38,421 bases of DNA from a virus (Duplodnaviria > Heunggongvirae > Uroviricota > Caudoviricetes). The notes beneath the pieces are model-generated. The model did not search any database, was not told the origin of the DNA, and saw only the letters and a program-made list of their open reading frames with translations. The stretch covers positions 1 to 38,421 of IMG/VR virus record IMGVR_UViG_2703718837_000008. One strand, written 5' to 3'. Both the position numbers and the translations under genes were made by a program. Shown here in pieces: positions 7,813 to 15,754 of the stretch (the first letter of the stretch is position 1; every line of letters begins with the position of its first letter).

Positions 7813-8221
7813 ACACATCCGCATGGCGATGAATGCCTGGGCGCGTCCTGATGGCGAAAAAGTTCCAGCAGCTGGAATAACCCAGGCTTATTTTGAGTTG
7901 GGTATGACGTTTCCTGAACTGTATGACGACAGCCATCCGGAAGCCCTGGCTCGCAATACCCAGAAAATTTTCCGCTGGATAGAGAAAGACACCCCTGATG
8001 CAGTTGAAAAAATTCAGGCGTTGTTACCAGCGATCGAAAAGGCAATGCCACCTTTGCTGGTGGCCAGAATGCGCAGCCACAGTTCAGCTTATTTTCGGGA
8101 GCTGGTGGAGACGCGGGAGCGATTGGTGAGAGACGCTGATGATTTTGTCGCAGTGGCAATCGCCGGTTTCAATCAGATGAACCGTGGTGGCCCGGCAGGA
8201 AATGCTGTGGCAGTACATTGA
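7796..8221 (+). CDS. YdaT-like (CII-like) protein
   Basis: 141 aa starting MKIKHEHI, which I recall as the YdaT N-terminus of Rac-type prophages. Immediately follows the YdaS-like gene with a short overlap. Confidence 0.5.
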   Translation: MKIKHEHIRMAMNAWARPDGEKVPAAGITQAYFELGMTFPELYDDSHPEALARNTQKIFRWIEKDTPDAVEKIQALLPAIEKAMPPLLVARMRSHSSAYFRELVETRERLVRDADDFVAVAIAGFNQMNRGGPAGNAVAVH

Positions 8222-8292
8222 CTGACAATAGCCATATCGAATCGCTTCCGGCAACTCGTGAGTAAAAAGATTCGGTATCAGAAGAGGTGAGT

Positions 8293-9363
8293 ATGGCTAA
8301 CGCCTGGCTCAGATTATGGCATGACATGCCAAATGACCCTAAGTGGCGAACAATTGCCAGGGTGTCAGGGCAGCCAATTGCAACAGTGATGGCAGTGTAT
8401 ATCCACCTCCTGGTGAGCGCGTCACGAAATGTCACGCGAGGTCACATTGATGTCACGACAGAAGATTTGGCAAGTGCGCTCGACGTGACAGAAGAGGTAA
8501 TTGATTCAATTTTGCAGACGATGCAGGGGCGGGTACTTGATGGTGATTTAATCACTGGATGGGAAAAACGCCAGGTGCTTAAAGAGGACAACGGCAATAT
8601 TTCGCAAACCGCAAAATCTCCTGCAGAGCGCAAGAGGGCGCAGCGAGAGAGGGAAAGAAAGCGGGAACAAAATGGCGATTGTCACGGCGCGTCACGAAAT
8701 GTCACGCACATGTCACGACGAGTCACGACAGATAAAGATACAGATAAAGATACAGATCAAGAAGATCAAAATACTATGGTCCATGGCGTAAAAAACGCCA
8801 CGAACCAGGCAGGGGATGTTCAGGCCGTCAATCCTGGTCAGCCAGCAGGCACGACACCGGAAGCCGATTCAGCGTATGCGCTGAAAGCCGATTCGGGCGC
8901 TGTGCAGCTGGTGATGACCGCAAGGCCGGAGCAATCACACCAACTGCAGCAGCCTGAAGCCGATTCCGCCATTCAGTGGGAAGCCGATCGGGTAGTCCCG
9001 GAAAACACCGGGCAGTCTGTGGGACGAGTGGATTATCCGGATGTGTTCGAACAGGTCTGGCGGGAGTACCCGTTGCGTGCCGGGGCAAACCCGAAGAAAT
9101 CCGCTTTCAGTGCCTGGAAGGCCAGATTACGCGAGGGGGTGCCACCAGAGGCAATGCTGGATGGCGTGAGGCGTTACGCAAGATATCTGGCGGCTACCGG
9201 GAAAACGGGAACGGAATTTGTTCAGCGAGCGACGACGTTTTTTGGACCGGACCGGAATTTTGAAAACCCCTGGTTGCTCCCGGTAAGCGGTACGAACAAC
9301 CAGCGTTGCGTGAATCACATTTCTGAACCAGATACCGAAATTCCACCGGGCTTCAGGGGGTAA
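8293..9363 (+). CDS. Phage replisome organiser / replication initiation protein (iteron-binding)
   Basis: N-terminus MANAWLRLWHDMPNDPKW resembles the N-terminal phage replisome-organiser domain. C-terminal region (DYPDVFEQVWREYP...) resembles the conserved phage C-terminal replication domain. Contains clustered GTCACG iterons in its own coding sequence. GAAGAGG RBS. Confidence 0.65.
   Translation: MANAWLRLWHDMPNDPKWRTIARVSGQPIATVMAVYIHLLVSASRNVTRGHIDVTTEDLASALDVTEEVIDSILQTMQGRVLDGDLITGWEKRQVLKEDNGNISQTAKSPAERKRAQRERERKREQNGDCHGASRNVTHMSRRVTTDKDTDKDTDQEDQNTMVHGVKNATNQAGDVQAVNPGQPAGTTPEADSAYALKADSGAVQLVMTARPEQSHQLQQPEADSAIQWEADRVVPENTGQSVGRVDYPDVFEQVWREYPLRAGANPKKSAFSAWKARLREGVPPEAMLDGVRRYARYLAATGKTGTEFVQRATTFFGPDRNFENPWLLPVSGTNNQRCVNHISEPDTEIPPGFRG
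8421..8457. repeat. Iteron cluster 1: four GTCAC(G/A) repeats at 10-11 bp spacing
   Basis: GTCACG at 8421, 8431 and 8452; GTCACA at 8441. The 19-mer GCGTCACGAAATGTCACGC is shared with cluster 2. Confidence 0.6.
8681..8760. repeat. Iteron cluster 2 (five GTCACG repeats) plus AT-rich GATAAAGATACA direct repeats: probable origin of replication
   Basis: GTCACG at 8681, 8691, 8701, 8712 and 8722 (helical-turn phasing), followed by GATAAAGATACAGATAAAGATACAGATCAA. Lambda-O-like arrangement of the ori inside the initiator gene. Confidence 0.6.
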
Positions 9364-9732
9364 GTGTTGATTTCTGGTCATGAGGTAATTTTCAGGAGGA
9401 CTTGTGGCAAAAGTTTTACACAAGAAGAGCGAGAAAAAATTAAAGGGCAGGTTGTTGAACTCGTACGCCAGAGTGGGCGTGAGACGTTACGGCAACTGGA
9501 AGTCAAGACAGGTGCGACAAGATATCTGATGAGCGTTCTCGCAAGAGAGCTGGTTGTCAGCGGCGATGTATACAACTCTGGTTACGGGTTATTCCCGTCT
9601 GAACAGGCTCGTAAAGACTGGCAAAACGCCCGCAAAAAATTATCGAGGGCAAAGCTGAAGAAACCGGTTGTGGTTGATCCGGACCTTATCTGGTCATTAC
9701 CTGACGGAGAAATCCGTCGCCTTAGTCTTTGA
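9364..9732 (+). CDS. Hypothetical protein (possibly replication-associated)
   Basis: 122-aa ORF from GTG 9364, directly after the replication gene stop. No recognised motif. An alternative short frame with a strong AGGAGG RBS (GTG ~9404) exists, so the reading frame is uncertain. Confidence 0.35.
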   Translation: MLISGHEVIFRRTCGKSFTQEEREKIKGQVVELVRQSGRETLRQLEVKTGATRYLMSVLARELVVSGDVYNSGYGLFPSEQARKDWQNARKKLSRAKLKKPVVVDPDLIWSLPDGEIRRLSL

Positions 9733-9767
9733 TAATAGGTTTATAATGTTGAAAAAGAGTCTAATAG

Positions 9768-9798
9768 TTGACATTGTATGAAATATGATTGTTATATA
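9768..9798 (+). promoter_or_regulatory. Predicted sigma70 promoter for the NACHT gene
   Basis: TTGACA (9768-9773) with TTATAT/TATATA -10 candidates at 9792-9798, in an AT-rich intergenic region ~40 nt upstream of the ATG at 9834. Confidence 0.4.
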
Positions 9799-9833
9799 AA
9801 ATGATTTTTTTGGAGACTGTTTAAGGTAAACAA

Positions 9834-12092
9834 ATGAAACCAGAATACTTAAGAAAAATAGAATCATTGCAACGTGAGGTTGATGATTTCCATCCAGTGC
9901 TAAGAGCGCTTCTACCACGTTTGCCGACTGTTACACATGTTGAATATAAGCAAGGACCATCAGAAAAAGGTGCTGATTTTGTCATAATTAAACGAGATGA
10001 GGCATTAGACGAGGAAATATATATTGGTGTTATTTGTAAAGTTGGAAAGATAATTCAGTCAAATAGTGAGGTTGAACGACAAATAGAAGAGTGTCAATTA
10101 TATCCACGCTTTATTTCTTCTGGCTCTAAGAACATACATTTGAATGAAATTTGGGTTATTACTAATTCATCGATCTCAAATAATGCTCAAGAAAAAATTT
10201 ACTTGAAATTCAAATCTACAAATATAAAATTTATAGAGGGTGAAAAAATATGTTCTTTAATCAGTAAATATTACCCAGAGTTTTGGGATTTCGAATCCAT
10301 TAATTATGAACAATACTTAACAGATACATTGCAAACCATAAGTGATACACCTGAAAGTTCTTTTTTTGGTAGTGTTGGCATAAATAACCTTATTGATAGA
10401 TATGTAAGCAAGGAGGATCATAAAAAACGCAGACACAGGCCGTTAAAACTGTATAGTGTTGTGAGAGCCGAGAGATTTATTTTTTTAGAGGGAACCGTTG
10501 GCTCTGGGAAAAGTACTTTGCTGAAACAGTTAATTAGAAAAATAAAAGAAGAATATTCTTACGAAAAAGACTACATCCTTCCAGTATTTTGTCAATACAA
10601 GGATGTTCTAGAAAAAAAACTTAATGTTGAAAATATAATACAAAGTGTGTTAAGTAAGTACAAAATACAACATGATGGGAATATTTTATTAATTGTTGAT
10701 TCGGTTGATGAAGTAAAGGAATCACTTGAGGAAAGGCAAAACAACTTCAGGGACATTGTAGAGAAAGTATCCAGGAATGATAAAGTTCGATTACTAGTTG
10801 CTTCAAGAATTATGGATTCTCTTCAGGACTATGAAGTTATCGATCAGATGTTTGCAAGATACTCGATAATACCACTTAGCACAGGTCAAATAATCGACTT
10901 TGTAGATAAAATCTGCAATGACATTAAAATAACAAATAAACTTAAAAATGGTATAGAAAAAACACCACTATTTAAGTTCATTCCCAGGACTCCAGTGAGC
11001 GCTATTCTTCTGGCAAGAATACTCTCTGATGAGATTAAAGAATTACCATCTACAATGACAGAACTATACTCAAAATACAGTGAGATAGTATTGGGACGAT
11101 GGGATACATCTAAGGGATTATTATCGCAAACAGAATATGATGTAATAAGTAATATATTAGTAGAAATTGCGATGTTTATGATGGATAACTCTCTAAACTG
11201 CATATCAATTTCAGAAGTGCAGGACATGTTTTTAAATTATTTGGCCAAAAGAAACTTGAATGTTGATGAGGACAAACTTTTCAAAAGACTAATTTATCGC
11301 AGTGAAGTAACAACAGTTAATGTTAGAAGTAATACGTTCTCATTTCTACACAGATCATTCATGGAGTATTTTTACGCTGAAGGACTTAGGAAGCGTGGCC
11401 TAATAGACATAAATGATAATATTTATGATATTTATTGGGCAAATAGTTATTTCTTCTATTTTGGTTTGTTACGAGACAATGAATATCTTATTGATAAAAT
11501 TAATGAACTTAAACCTAGTAACGATAAAACAAGATTTTTAAGGTTGTTTTATAACGGTTCTTTTTATTTGGCTTCATATCTAACTCCGTATAAAAAAATA
11601 ACGAGGGGAGTCCTTTTATCATATATAGATGCAGGTAAATTATATGTTGATATTCTCAAGGGAAATACCGACATCCCGCTGAAGGAATTTTCACCAGTAG
11701 CTCTTCTTTGTATTTTCACAAAGTGTTTAAGTAACAATTACGCATATGATTTTTTCAAATCTGCCTTGGAAGACTTGTCAGTTCAAATTGAACAATATGA
11801 GGAAATTGGTGAACATATTGATTATGCACGTTTCTTCATAGCATCAACACTGAATGAGCTCGGGGATAAATCCGCATTTGATAGCTTAGTGGAAAAAAAT
11901 AAATTAGGTGTTTTGATTAATTTAGGGATAACTCACGTTACAGACGACTCAGGACTACTTAGCACTACGGTTGATAAGTACCTGAAAAAATTCAATAAAA
12001 AAGTACGAAGTAACCATGATATGTCTAATTATATATCTAAGTTATATGAGGAATCTACAGGTTCCTTACGTACAAACCTGCAAATTCAATAA
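9834..12092 (+). CDS. NACHT-type STAND NTPase with N-terminal PD-(D/E)xK-like nuclease domain (bacterial NLR-like antiphage candidate)
   Basis: 752 aa. Walker A FLEGTVGSGKST (aa ~217-228). Walker B with NACHT signature ILLIVDSVDE (aa ~285-293). NACHT winged-helix motif SFLHRSFMEYFYAEG (aa ~502-516). N-terminal GADFVIIK...EIYIGVICK resembles an Mrr-like D...E.K nuclease core. Strongly AT-rich relative to the flanking phage genes, with its own promoter and a 13-bp stem hairpin after the stop. Confidence 0.7.
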   Translation: MKPEYLRKIESLQREVDDFHPVLRALLPRLPTVTHVEYKQGPSEKGADFVIIKRDEALDEEIYIGVICKVGKIIQSNSEVERQIEECQLYPRFISSGSKNIHLNEIWVITNSSISNNAQEKIYLKFKSTNIKFIEGEKICSLISKYYPEFWDFESINYEQYLTDTLQTISDTPESSFFGSVGINNLIDRYVSKEDHKKRRHRPLKLYSVVRAERFIFLEGTVGSGKSTLLKQLIRKIKEEYSYEKDYILPVFCQYKDVLEKKLNVENIIQSVLSKYKIQHDGNILLIVDSVDEVKESLEERQNNFRDIVEKVSRNDKVRLLVASRIMDSLQDYEVIDQMFARYSIIPLSTGQIIDFVDKICNDIKITNKLKNGIEKTPLFKFIPRTPVSAILLARILSDEIKELPSTMTELYSKYSEIVLGRWDTSKGLLSQTEYDVISNILVEIAMFMMDNSLNCISISEVQDMFLNYLAKRNLNVDEDKLFKRLIYRSEVTTVNVRSNTFSFLHRSFMEYFYAEGLRKRGLIDINDNIYDIYWANSYFFYFGLLRDNEYLIDKINELKPSNDKTRFLRLFYNGSFYLASYLTPYKKITRGVLLSYIDAGKLYVDILKGNTDIPLKEFSPVALLCIFTKCLSNNYAYDFFKSALEDLSVQIEQYEEIGEHIDYARFFIASTLNELGDKSAFDSLVEKNKLGVLINLGITHVTDDSGLLSTTVDKYLKKFNKKVRSNHDMSNYISKLYEESTGSLRTNLQIQ

Positions 12093-12103
12093 TAAATAGA
12101 TTG

Positions 12104-12138
12104 TCACATTGAAGGTAACGTATCGACCTTCAATGTGA
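12104..12138 (+). terminator. Perfect 13-bp inverted repeat hairpin after the NACHT gene
   Basis: TCACATTGAAGGT-(9 nt)-ACCTTCAATGTGA. No strong T-run follows, so it may be a terminator or a protein-binding palindrome. Confidence 0.4.
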
Positions 12139-12460
12139 TGATTATCCTCTTGATAATATAGCTTAAGCTACTTTCGACTTTCTGAGACACAGAGATTGCA
12201 GAATGTATCAATCATAGTGAAGCTATCGTAAATGTTCGCACGTCGCTCAAATCAGATAGTCATATTTGAGTGAACTGCTTACTCAAAATGCTGGTTGGGG
12301 CCTGACTTAATACATCTGAAGAAGTGTTGGTTATGTTTGGCTGTTGTGTTCCATTGCCAAAGAAAAAATAGATAAACTATACCCAATAGTTGTATTGAAT
12401 CACTGACGAGACAGCCTCATATTTATCAGAACTGGTGTACGTCCAATACAGGAGGTTGTC

Positions 12461-12550
12461 GTGCTGGTTCTCAAATGTGCGCTGGCTATTGCAGCTGTAA
12501 TGGCAATTTATTGTCTTGCTGTTGTTCTTATGGATCGCCTTTCTGATTGA
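12461..12550 (+). CDS. Candidate 29-aa hydrophobic peptide (possible small membrane toxin)
   Basis: Perfect AGGAGG RBS 6 nt upstream of GTG. Product VLVLKCALAIAAVMAIYCLAVVLMDRLSD is a single predicted transmembrane helix. Not in the ORF track (below cutoff). Confidence 0.3.
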   Translation: MLVLKCALAIAAVMAIYCLAVVLMDRLSD

Positions 12551-12704
12551 TTTTATATTGGCGAGGTGACGTGAGTTAAGTAGAATTGCTGCGGGTGCTT
12601 GAGGCTATCTGCCTCAGGCATGAACACCAAAGGCAGATAGAGAAAAGCCCCAGTTAACATTACGCGTCCTGCAAGACGCTTAACATTAATCTGAGGCTCA
12701 ATCT

Positions 12705-12917
12705 ATGAACGGCAAATCTAGGTTAGCCTCTTACGTGCCGAAAGGCAAGGAGAAGCAGGCTATGAAGCAGCAAAAGGCGATGTTAATCGCCCTGATCGTC
12801 ATCTGTTTAACCGTCATAGTGACGGCACTGGTAACGAGGAAAGACCTCTGCGAGGTACGAATCCGAACCGGCCAGACGGAGGTCGCTGTCTTCACAGCTT
12901 ACGAACCTGAGGAGTAA
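12705..12917 (+). CDS. mok-like overlapping reading frame (translational coupling frame for hok)
   Basis: 70-aa ORF in the same frame that contains the entire hok ORF, as in hok/mok loci. Confidence 0.4.
   Translation: MNGKSRLASYVPKGKEKQAMKQQKAMLIALIVICLTVIVTALVTRKDLCEVRIRTGQTEVAVFTAYEPEE
12762..12917 (+). CDS. hok: Hok/Gef family type I toxin
   Basis: 51-aa product MKQQKAMLIALIVICLTVIVTALVTRKDLCEVRIRTGQTEVAVFTAYEPEE matches the HokD/RelF sequence as I recall it. Followed by fbi-like 3' complementarity and a terminator. Confidence 0.85.
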   Translation: MKQQKAMLIALIVICLTVIVTALVTRKDLCEVRIRTGQTEVAVFTAYEPEE

Positions 12918-12987
12918 GAGACCAGGCGAGGGAGAAATCCCTCGCCACCTCTGATGAGTCAGGCATCCTCAACGCACCCGCACTTAA

Positions 12988-13012
12988 CCCGCTTCGGCGG
13001 GTTTTGTTTTTT
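12988..13012 (+). terminator. Rho-independent terminator at the 3' end of the hok mRNA
   Basis: CCCGC-TTCG-GCGGG hairpin followed by TTTTGTTTTTT. Confidence 0.7.
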
Positions 13013-13084
13013 CCTGGCATTCTGGTTTACAATTCGCACGTCAGCCTGAACACCTGACACCTGCTGCGCCAGCAGAGAAAACAG

Positions 13085-13357
13085 ATGGCGCACAAAACCA
13101 AATTTCACAATTCTGATACCGACCTTGCCATCAGGCATGGGCGGCGTTCACTCGCATTTAAAACCGACTGGTACCAACACCCACCATGTACTGAAGAACA
13201 GGCCGAATGGCTAATTCATAACTACCGCAGACGCGGATACGAGATTAAGAAAGCCCTCAGCCTCGATTATCGTCACTGGATAATCTATGTCAGGCTCCCT
13301 TATTCCGAACGCCCACCGCGCCCATCCCGCACATACCAGCAACGGATCTGGAGGTAA
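13085..13357 (+). CDS. Hypothetical protein, Rem-like by position
   Basis: 90 aa. Sits between hok and the DUF968 gene, the same position as rem in the Qin order hokD-rem-ydfU-quuQ. No motif recognised. Confidence 0.4.
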   Translation: MAHKTKFHNSDTDLAIRHGRRSLAFKTDWYQHPPCTEEQAEWLIHNYRRRGYEIKKALSLDYRHWIIYVRLPYSERPPRPSRTYQQRIWR

Positions 13358-13358
13358 C

Positions 13359-14414
13359 GTGCGGATATTACTTCGACCTGTTCTGGTACCGGAACTCGGG
13401 CTGGTGGTCCTTAGGCCGGGCCGTGAATCCATGCAAGTATTTCATAACCCTCGAGTGCTGGTGGAGCCTGAACCGAAAAGCATGCGTAATCTGCCGTCCG
13501 GGGTCGTTCCTGCCGTTCGCCAGCCGTTGGTGGAAGACAAAACATTGCTGCCGTTTTTCAGTAACGCACGGGTGATTCGTGCTGCTGGTGGTGCTGGTGC
13601 ATTGTCTGACTGGCTGTTGCGCCATATTAAATCCTGCCAGTGGCCACACGGCGATTATCATCACAGCGAAACTGTCATTCACCGTTATGGTACCGGCGCA
13701 ATGGTGTTGTGCTGGCACTGCGACAACCAGCTGCGTGACCAGACATCCGAATCACTCGAGCAACTTGCTCATCAAAACCTGTCAGCATGGATGATTGACG
13801 TCATCGGTCACGCAATAAGCGGTACGCAGGAGCGTGAATTATCTTTGGCTGAATTATCCTGGTGGGCGGTCCGCAATCAGGTGGCGGACGCGCTACCGGA
13901 AGCGGTATTACGTCGTTCGCTGGGGTTGCGTGCGGAAAAAATCCGCTCAATGTACCGTGAAAGCGACATCGTACCGGGAGAGCAGACCGCCACCAGCATA
14001 CTGAAGCAGCGCACAAAAAATCTTGCGCCGCTGCCTCACGCCCACCAGCAAAACCCGCCACAGGAAAAGACGGTGGTCAGCATTGCCGTTGATCCGGAGT
14101 CACCGGCTCAGTATCTCCAGCGCCAGAAACCACAACGGGAAGAGATGCCTGTATACACGCGTTGGGTAAAAACGCAGAAATGCATGACGTGCGGTAATCA
14201 GGCAGATGATCCGCATCACATCATTGGTCATGGACTGGGAGGGATGGGAACAAAGGCTGATGATTTGTTTGTTATTCCGCTGTGCCGTAAATGTCATAAC
14301 GAACTGCACGCCGGGGTAAAAGATTTTGAAGAAAAACACGGCAGCCAGCTGTTGTTGCTGATTCGTTTTTTAATGCACGCGAGAAATTCGGGTGTCCTGA
14401 AGTGGAAAGCATGA
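13359..14414 (+). CDS. DUF968 / YdfU-like protein with C-terminal HNH-type zinc-finger nuclease motif
   Basis: 351 aa from GTG 13359 (GGAGG RBS; the ORF track extends further upstream). C-terminal CMTCG...HHIIGHGLGGMGTKADDLFVIPLCRKCHNELH is an HNH-like motif. Confidence 0.6.
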   Translation: MRILLRPVLVPELGLVVLRPGRESMQVFHNPRVLVEPEPKSMRNLPSGVVPAVRQPLVEDKTLLPFFSNARVIRAAGGAGALSDWLLRHIKSCQWPHGDYHHSETVIHRYGTGAMVLCWHCDNQLRDQTSESLEQLAHQNLSAWMIDVIGHAISGTQERELSLAELSWWAVRNQVADALPEAVLRRSLGLRAEKIRSMYRESDIVPGEQTATSILKQRTKNLAPLPHAHQQNPPQEKTVVSIAVDPESPAQYLQRQKPQREEMPVYTRWVKTQKCMTCGNQADDPHHIIGHGLGGMGTKADDLFVIPLCRKCHNELHAGVKDFEEKHGSQLLLLIRFLMHARNSGVLKWKA

Positions 14415-14780
14415 ATGACTGAACGCATAGAATTTGTTTTGCCTTACCCGCCGACGGTGAATACTTACTGGCGGCGTCGTGGCAGCACATATTTTGTATC
14501 AAAAGTCGGTGAGCGTTATCGCCGTGATGTGGCGCTAATTGTTCGCCAGCAGCGGCTGAAATTAAATCTGTCCGGAAGGCTGGCGATAAAGATTATTGCA
14601 GAGCCACCGGATAAACGCCGCCGCGACCTGGACAATATCCTGAAGGCACCACTGGATGCGCTGACGCATGCCGGACTACTCATAGACGACGAGCAGTTTG
14701 ATGAAATCAATATAGTGCGCGGTCAGCTCGTTCCTGGTGGGCGGCTGGGGATAAAAATCACAGAACTGGAGTGCGCATGA
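14415..14780 (+). CDS. rusA: Holliday junction resolvase RusA
   Basis: 121 aa. Motifs YPPTVNTYWRRRG and PDKRRRDLDNILKAPLDAL resemble the RusA catalytic core (DRRRRDLDN in K-12 RusA). Confidence 0.85.
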   Translation: MTERIEFVLPYPPTVNTYWRRRGSTYFVSKVGERYRRDVALIVRQQRLKLNLSGRLAIKIIAEPPDKRRRDLDNILKAPLDALTHAGLLIDDEQFDEINIVRGQLVPGGRLGIKITELECA

Positions 14781-15466
14781 ATAACCAGTATTTACAGTTT
14801 GTGCGTGAGCAGCTCATTATCGCCACCGCTGATTTGAGTGGGGCAACAAAAGGTCAGCTTGAAGCCTGGCAAGAGAATGCCATATTCGATACAGGGCGTT
14901 ACAGGCGAAAAAAAATCCGGTACCGCGATGAAGTGACTGGAAAAATGATAACACGGGATAATCCACCGATCCCGGGGAAGCAATCGCTGGCGAAGGGGAC
15001 GTCAATTCCTCTGGTTAGTCCGGTTGAGTTTTCGACATCATCGTGGCGGCGGGCTGTTCTGTCTCTTGAAGAACATCATAAAGCCTGGTTGTTGTGGAGT
15101 TACAGCGGGAGTATTTGTTGGGAATATCAGATCGCGATAACACACTGGGCGTGGAATGAATTTAATACTCAATCCGGTACCAGAAAAATTGCAGGGAAAA
15201 CGCAGGAACGCCTGAAAAAATTAATCTGGCTAGCGGCGCAGGCAGTAAAAGCAGAACTTTTTGGTGGGGAAGGTTATGAATACCAGGAGCTGGCATTACT
15301 GGCAGGAGTGACAACTAAAAACTGGTCCAAAACATTTACTCGTCACTGGGTTGCAATGAAACACATTTTTCACCGACTGGATAGTGAGGCTTTATTGTTT
15401 GTAATGAGAATACGTTCAAAACAAAAGACGGCATTTTCAAAGCAAAGTGTTGCAAAAGTAGATTGA
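14777..15466 (+). CDS. Putative late-gene antiterminator (Q-like, QuuQ-type)
   Basis: ~229 aa from ATG 14777 (ATGA overlap with the rusA stop; GGAG RBS). Assigned mainly by position: last gene before the late promoter/terminator pair, tRNAs and lysis cassette. Confidence 0.45.
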   Translation: MNNQYLQFVREQLIIATADLSGATKGQLEAWQENAIFDTGRYRRKKIRYRDEVTGKMITRDNPPIPGKQSLAKGTSIPLVSPVEFSTSSWRRAVLSLEEHHKAWLLWSYSGSICWEYQIAITHWAWNEFNTQSGTRKIAGKTQERLKKLIWLAAQAVKAELFGGEGYEYQELALLAGVTTKNWSKTFTRHWVAMKHIFHRLDSEALLFVMRIRSKQKTAFSKQSVAKVD

Positions 15467-15478
15467 AAGGCATATATT
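15450..15478 (+). promoter_or_regulatory. Predicted late promoter (pR'-like)
   Basis: TTGCAA (15450-15455)-17-TATATT (15473-15478), overlapping the 3' end of the Q-like gene, ~60 nt upstream of a strong terminator. Confidence 0.4.
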
Positions 15479-15533
15479 TCATGCAAATCTGATATTTTGC
15501 CGATTTTGTACGTGATGGCAAAAGCAAACAAAA

Positions 15534-15557
15534 CCCGCCCACAAGCGGGTTTTTTTT
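15534..15557 (+). terminator. Rho-independent terminator (tR'-like)
   Basis: CCCGC-CCACAA-GCGGG hairpin followed by eight Ts. Confidence 0.7.
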
Positions 15558-15639
15558 GTGCCACTTATCTCGGATAGACATGGTGAATGCGCTGGTGGAG
15601 GAGATAATGGTGATTTTTAACCAGGTGATTTTTGAATGC

Positions 15640-15668
15640 TTGCAACATTGATTCCGTAACGTTATTAT
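15640..15668 (+). promoter_or_regulatory. Predicted sigma70 promoter for the tRNA array
   Basis: TTGCAA (15640-15645)-17-TATTAT (15663-15668), ~10 nt upstream of the first tRNA. Confidence 0.45.
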
Positions 15669-15677
15669 CCTGCGCTC

Positions 15678-15753
15678 GGCCCTTTAGCTCAGTGGTGAGA
15701 GCGAGCGACTCATAATCGCCAGGTCGCTGGTTCAAATCCAGCAAGGGCCACCA
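15678..15753 (+). tRNA. tRNA with CAU anticodon, probably tRNA-Ile2 (lysidine type; Met not excluded)
   Basis: 76 nt, manually folded. Acceptor GGCCCTT/AAGGGCC, D-stem GCTC/GAGC, anticodon loop CTCATAA, T-loop TTCAAAT, 3' CCA encoded. Resembles E. coli ileX as I recall it. Confidence 0.8.
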
Positions 15754-15754
15754 A

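Noticed and set aside
8421-8760. GTCACG repeat clusters considered as a possible CRISPR array
   Set aside because: Repeat unit is only 6 bp at 10-11 bp spacing with no spacers, lies inside a replication initiator gene, and is followed by an AT-rich repeat; this fits origin iterons, not CRISPR.
9697-9918. 73-aa minus-strand ORF
   Set aside because: Overlaps the promoter and 5' end of the NACHT gene in an AT-rich region where spurious ORFs are common; no RBS.
12320-12358. 12-codon ORF (MFGCCVPLPKKK) with a GAAGAAG RBS-like sequence
   Set aside because: Too short and not conserved as far as I can judge; could be a leader peptide, but evidence is insufficient to call.
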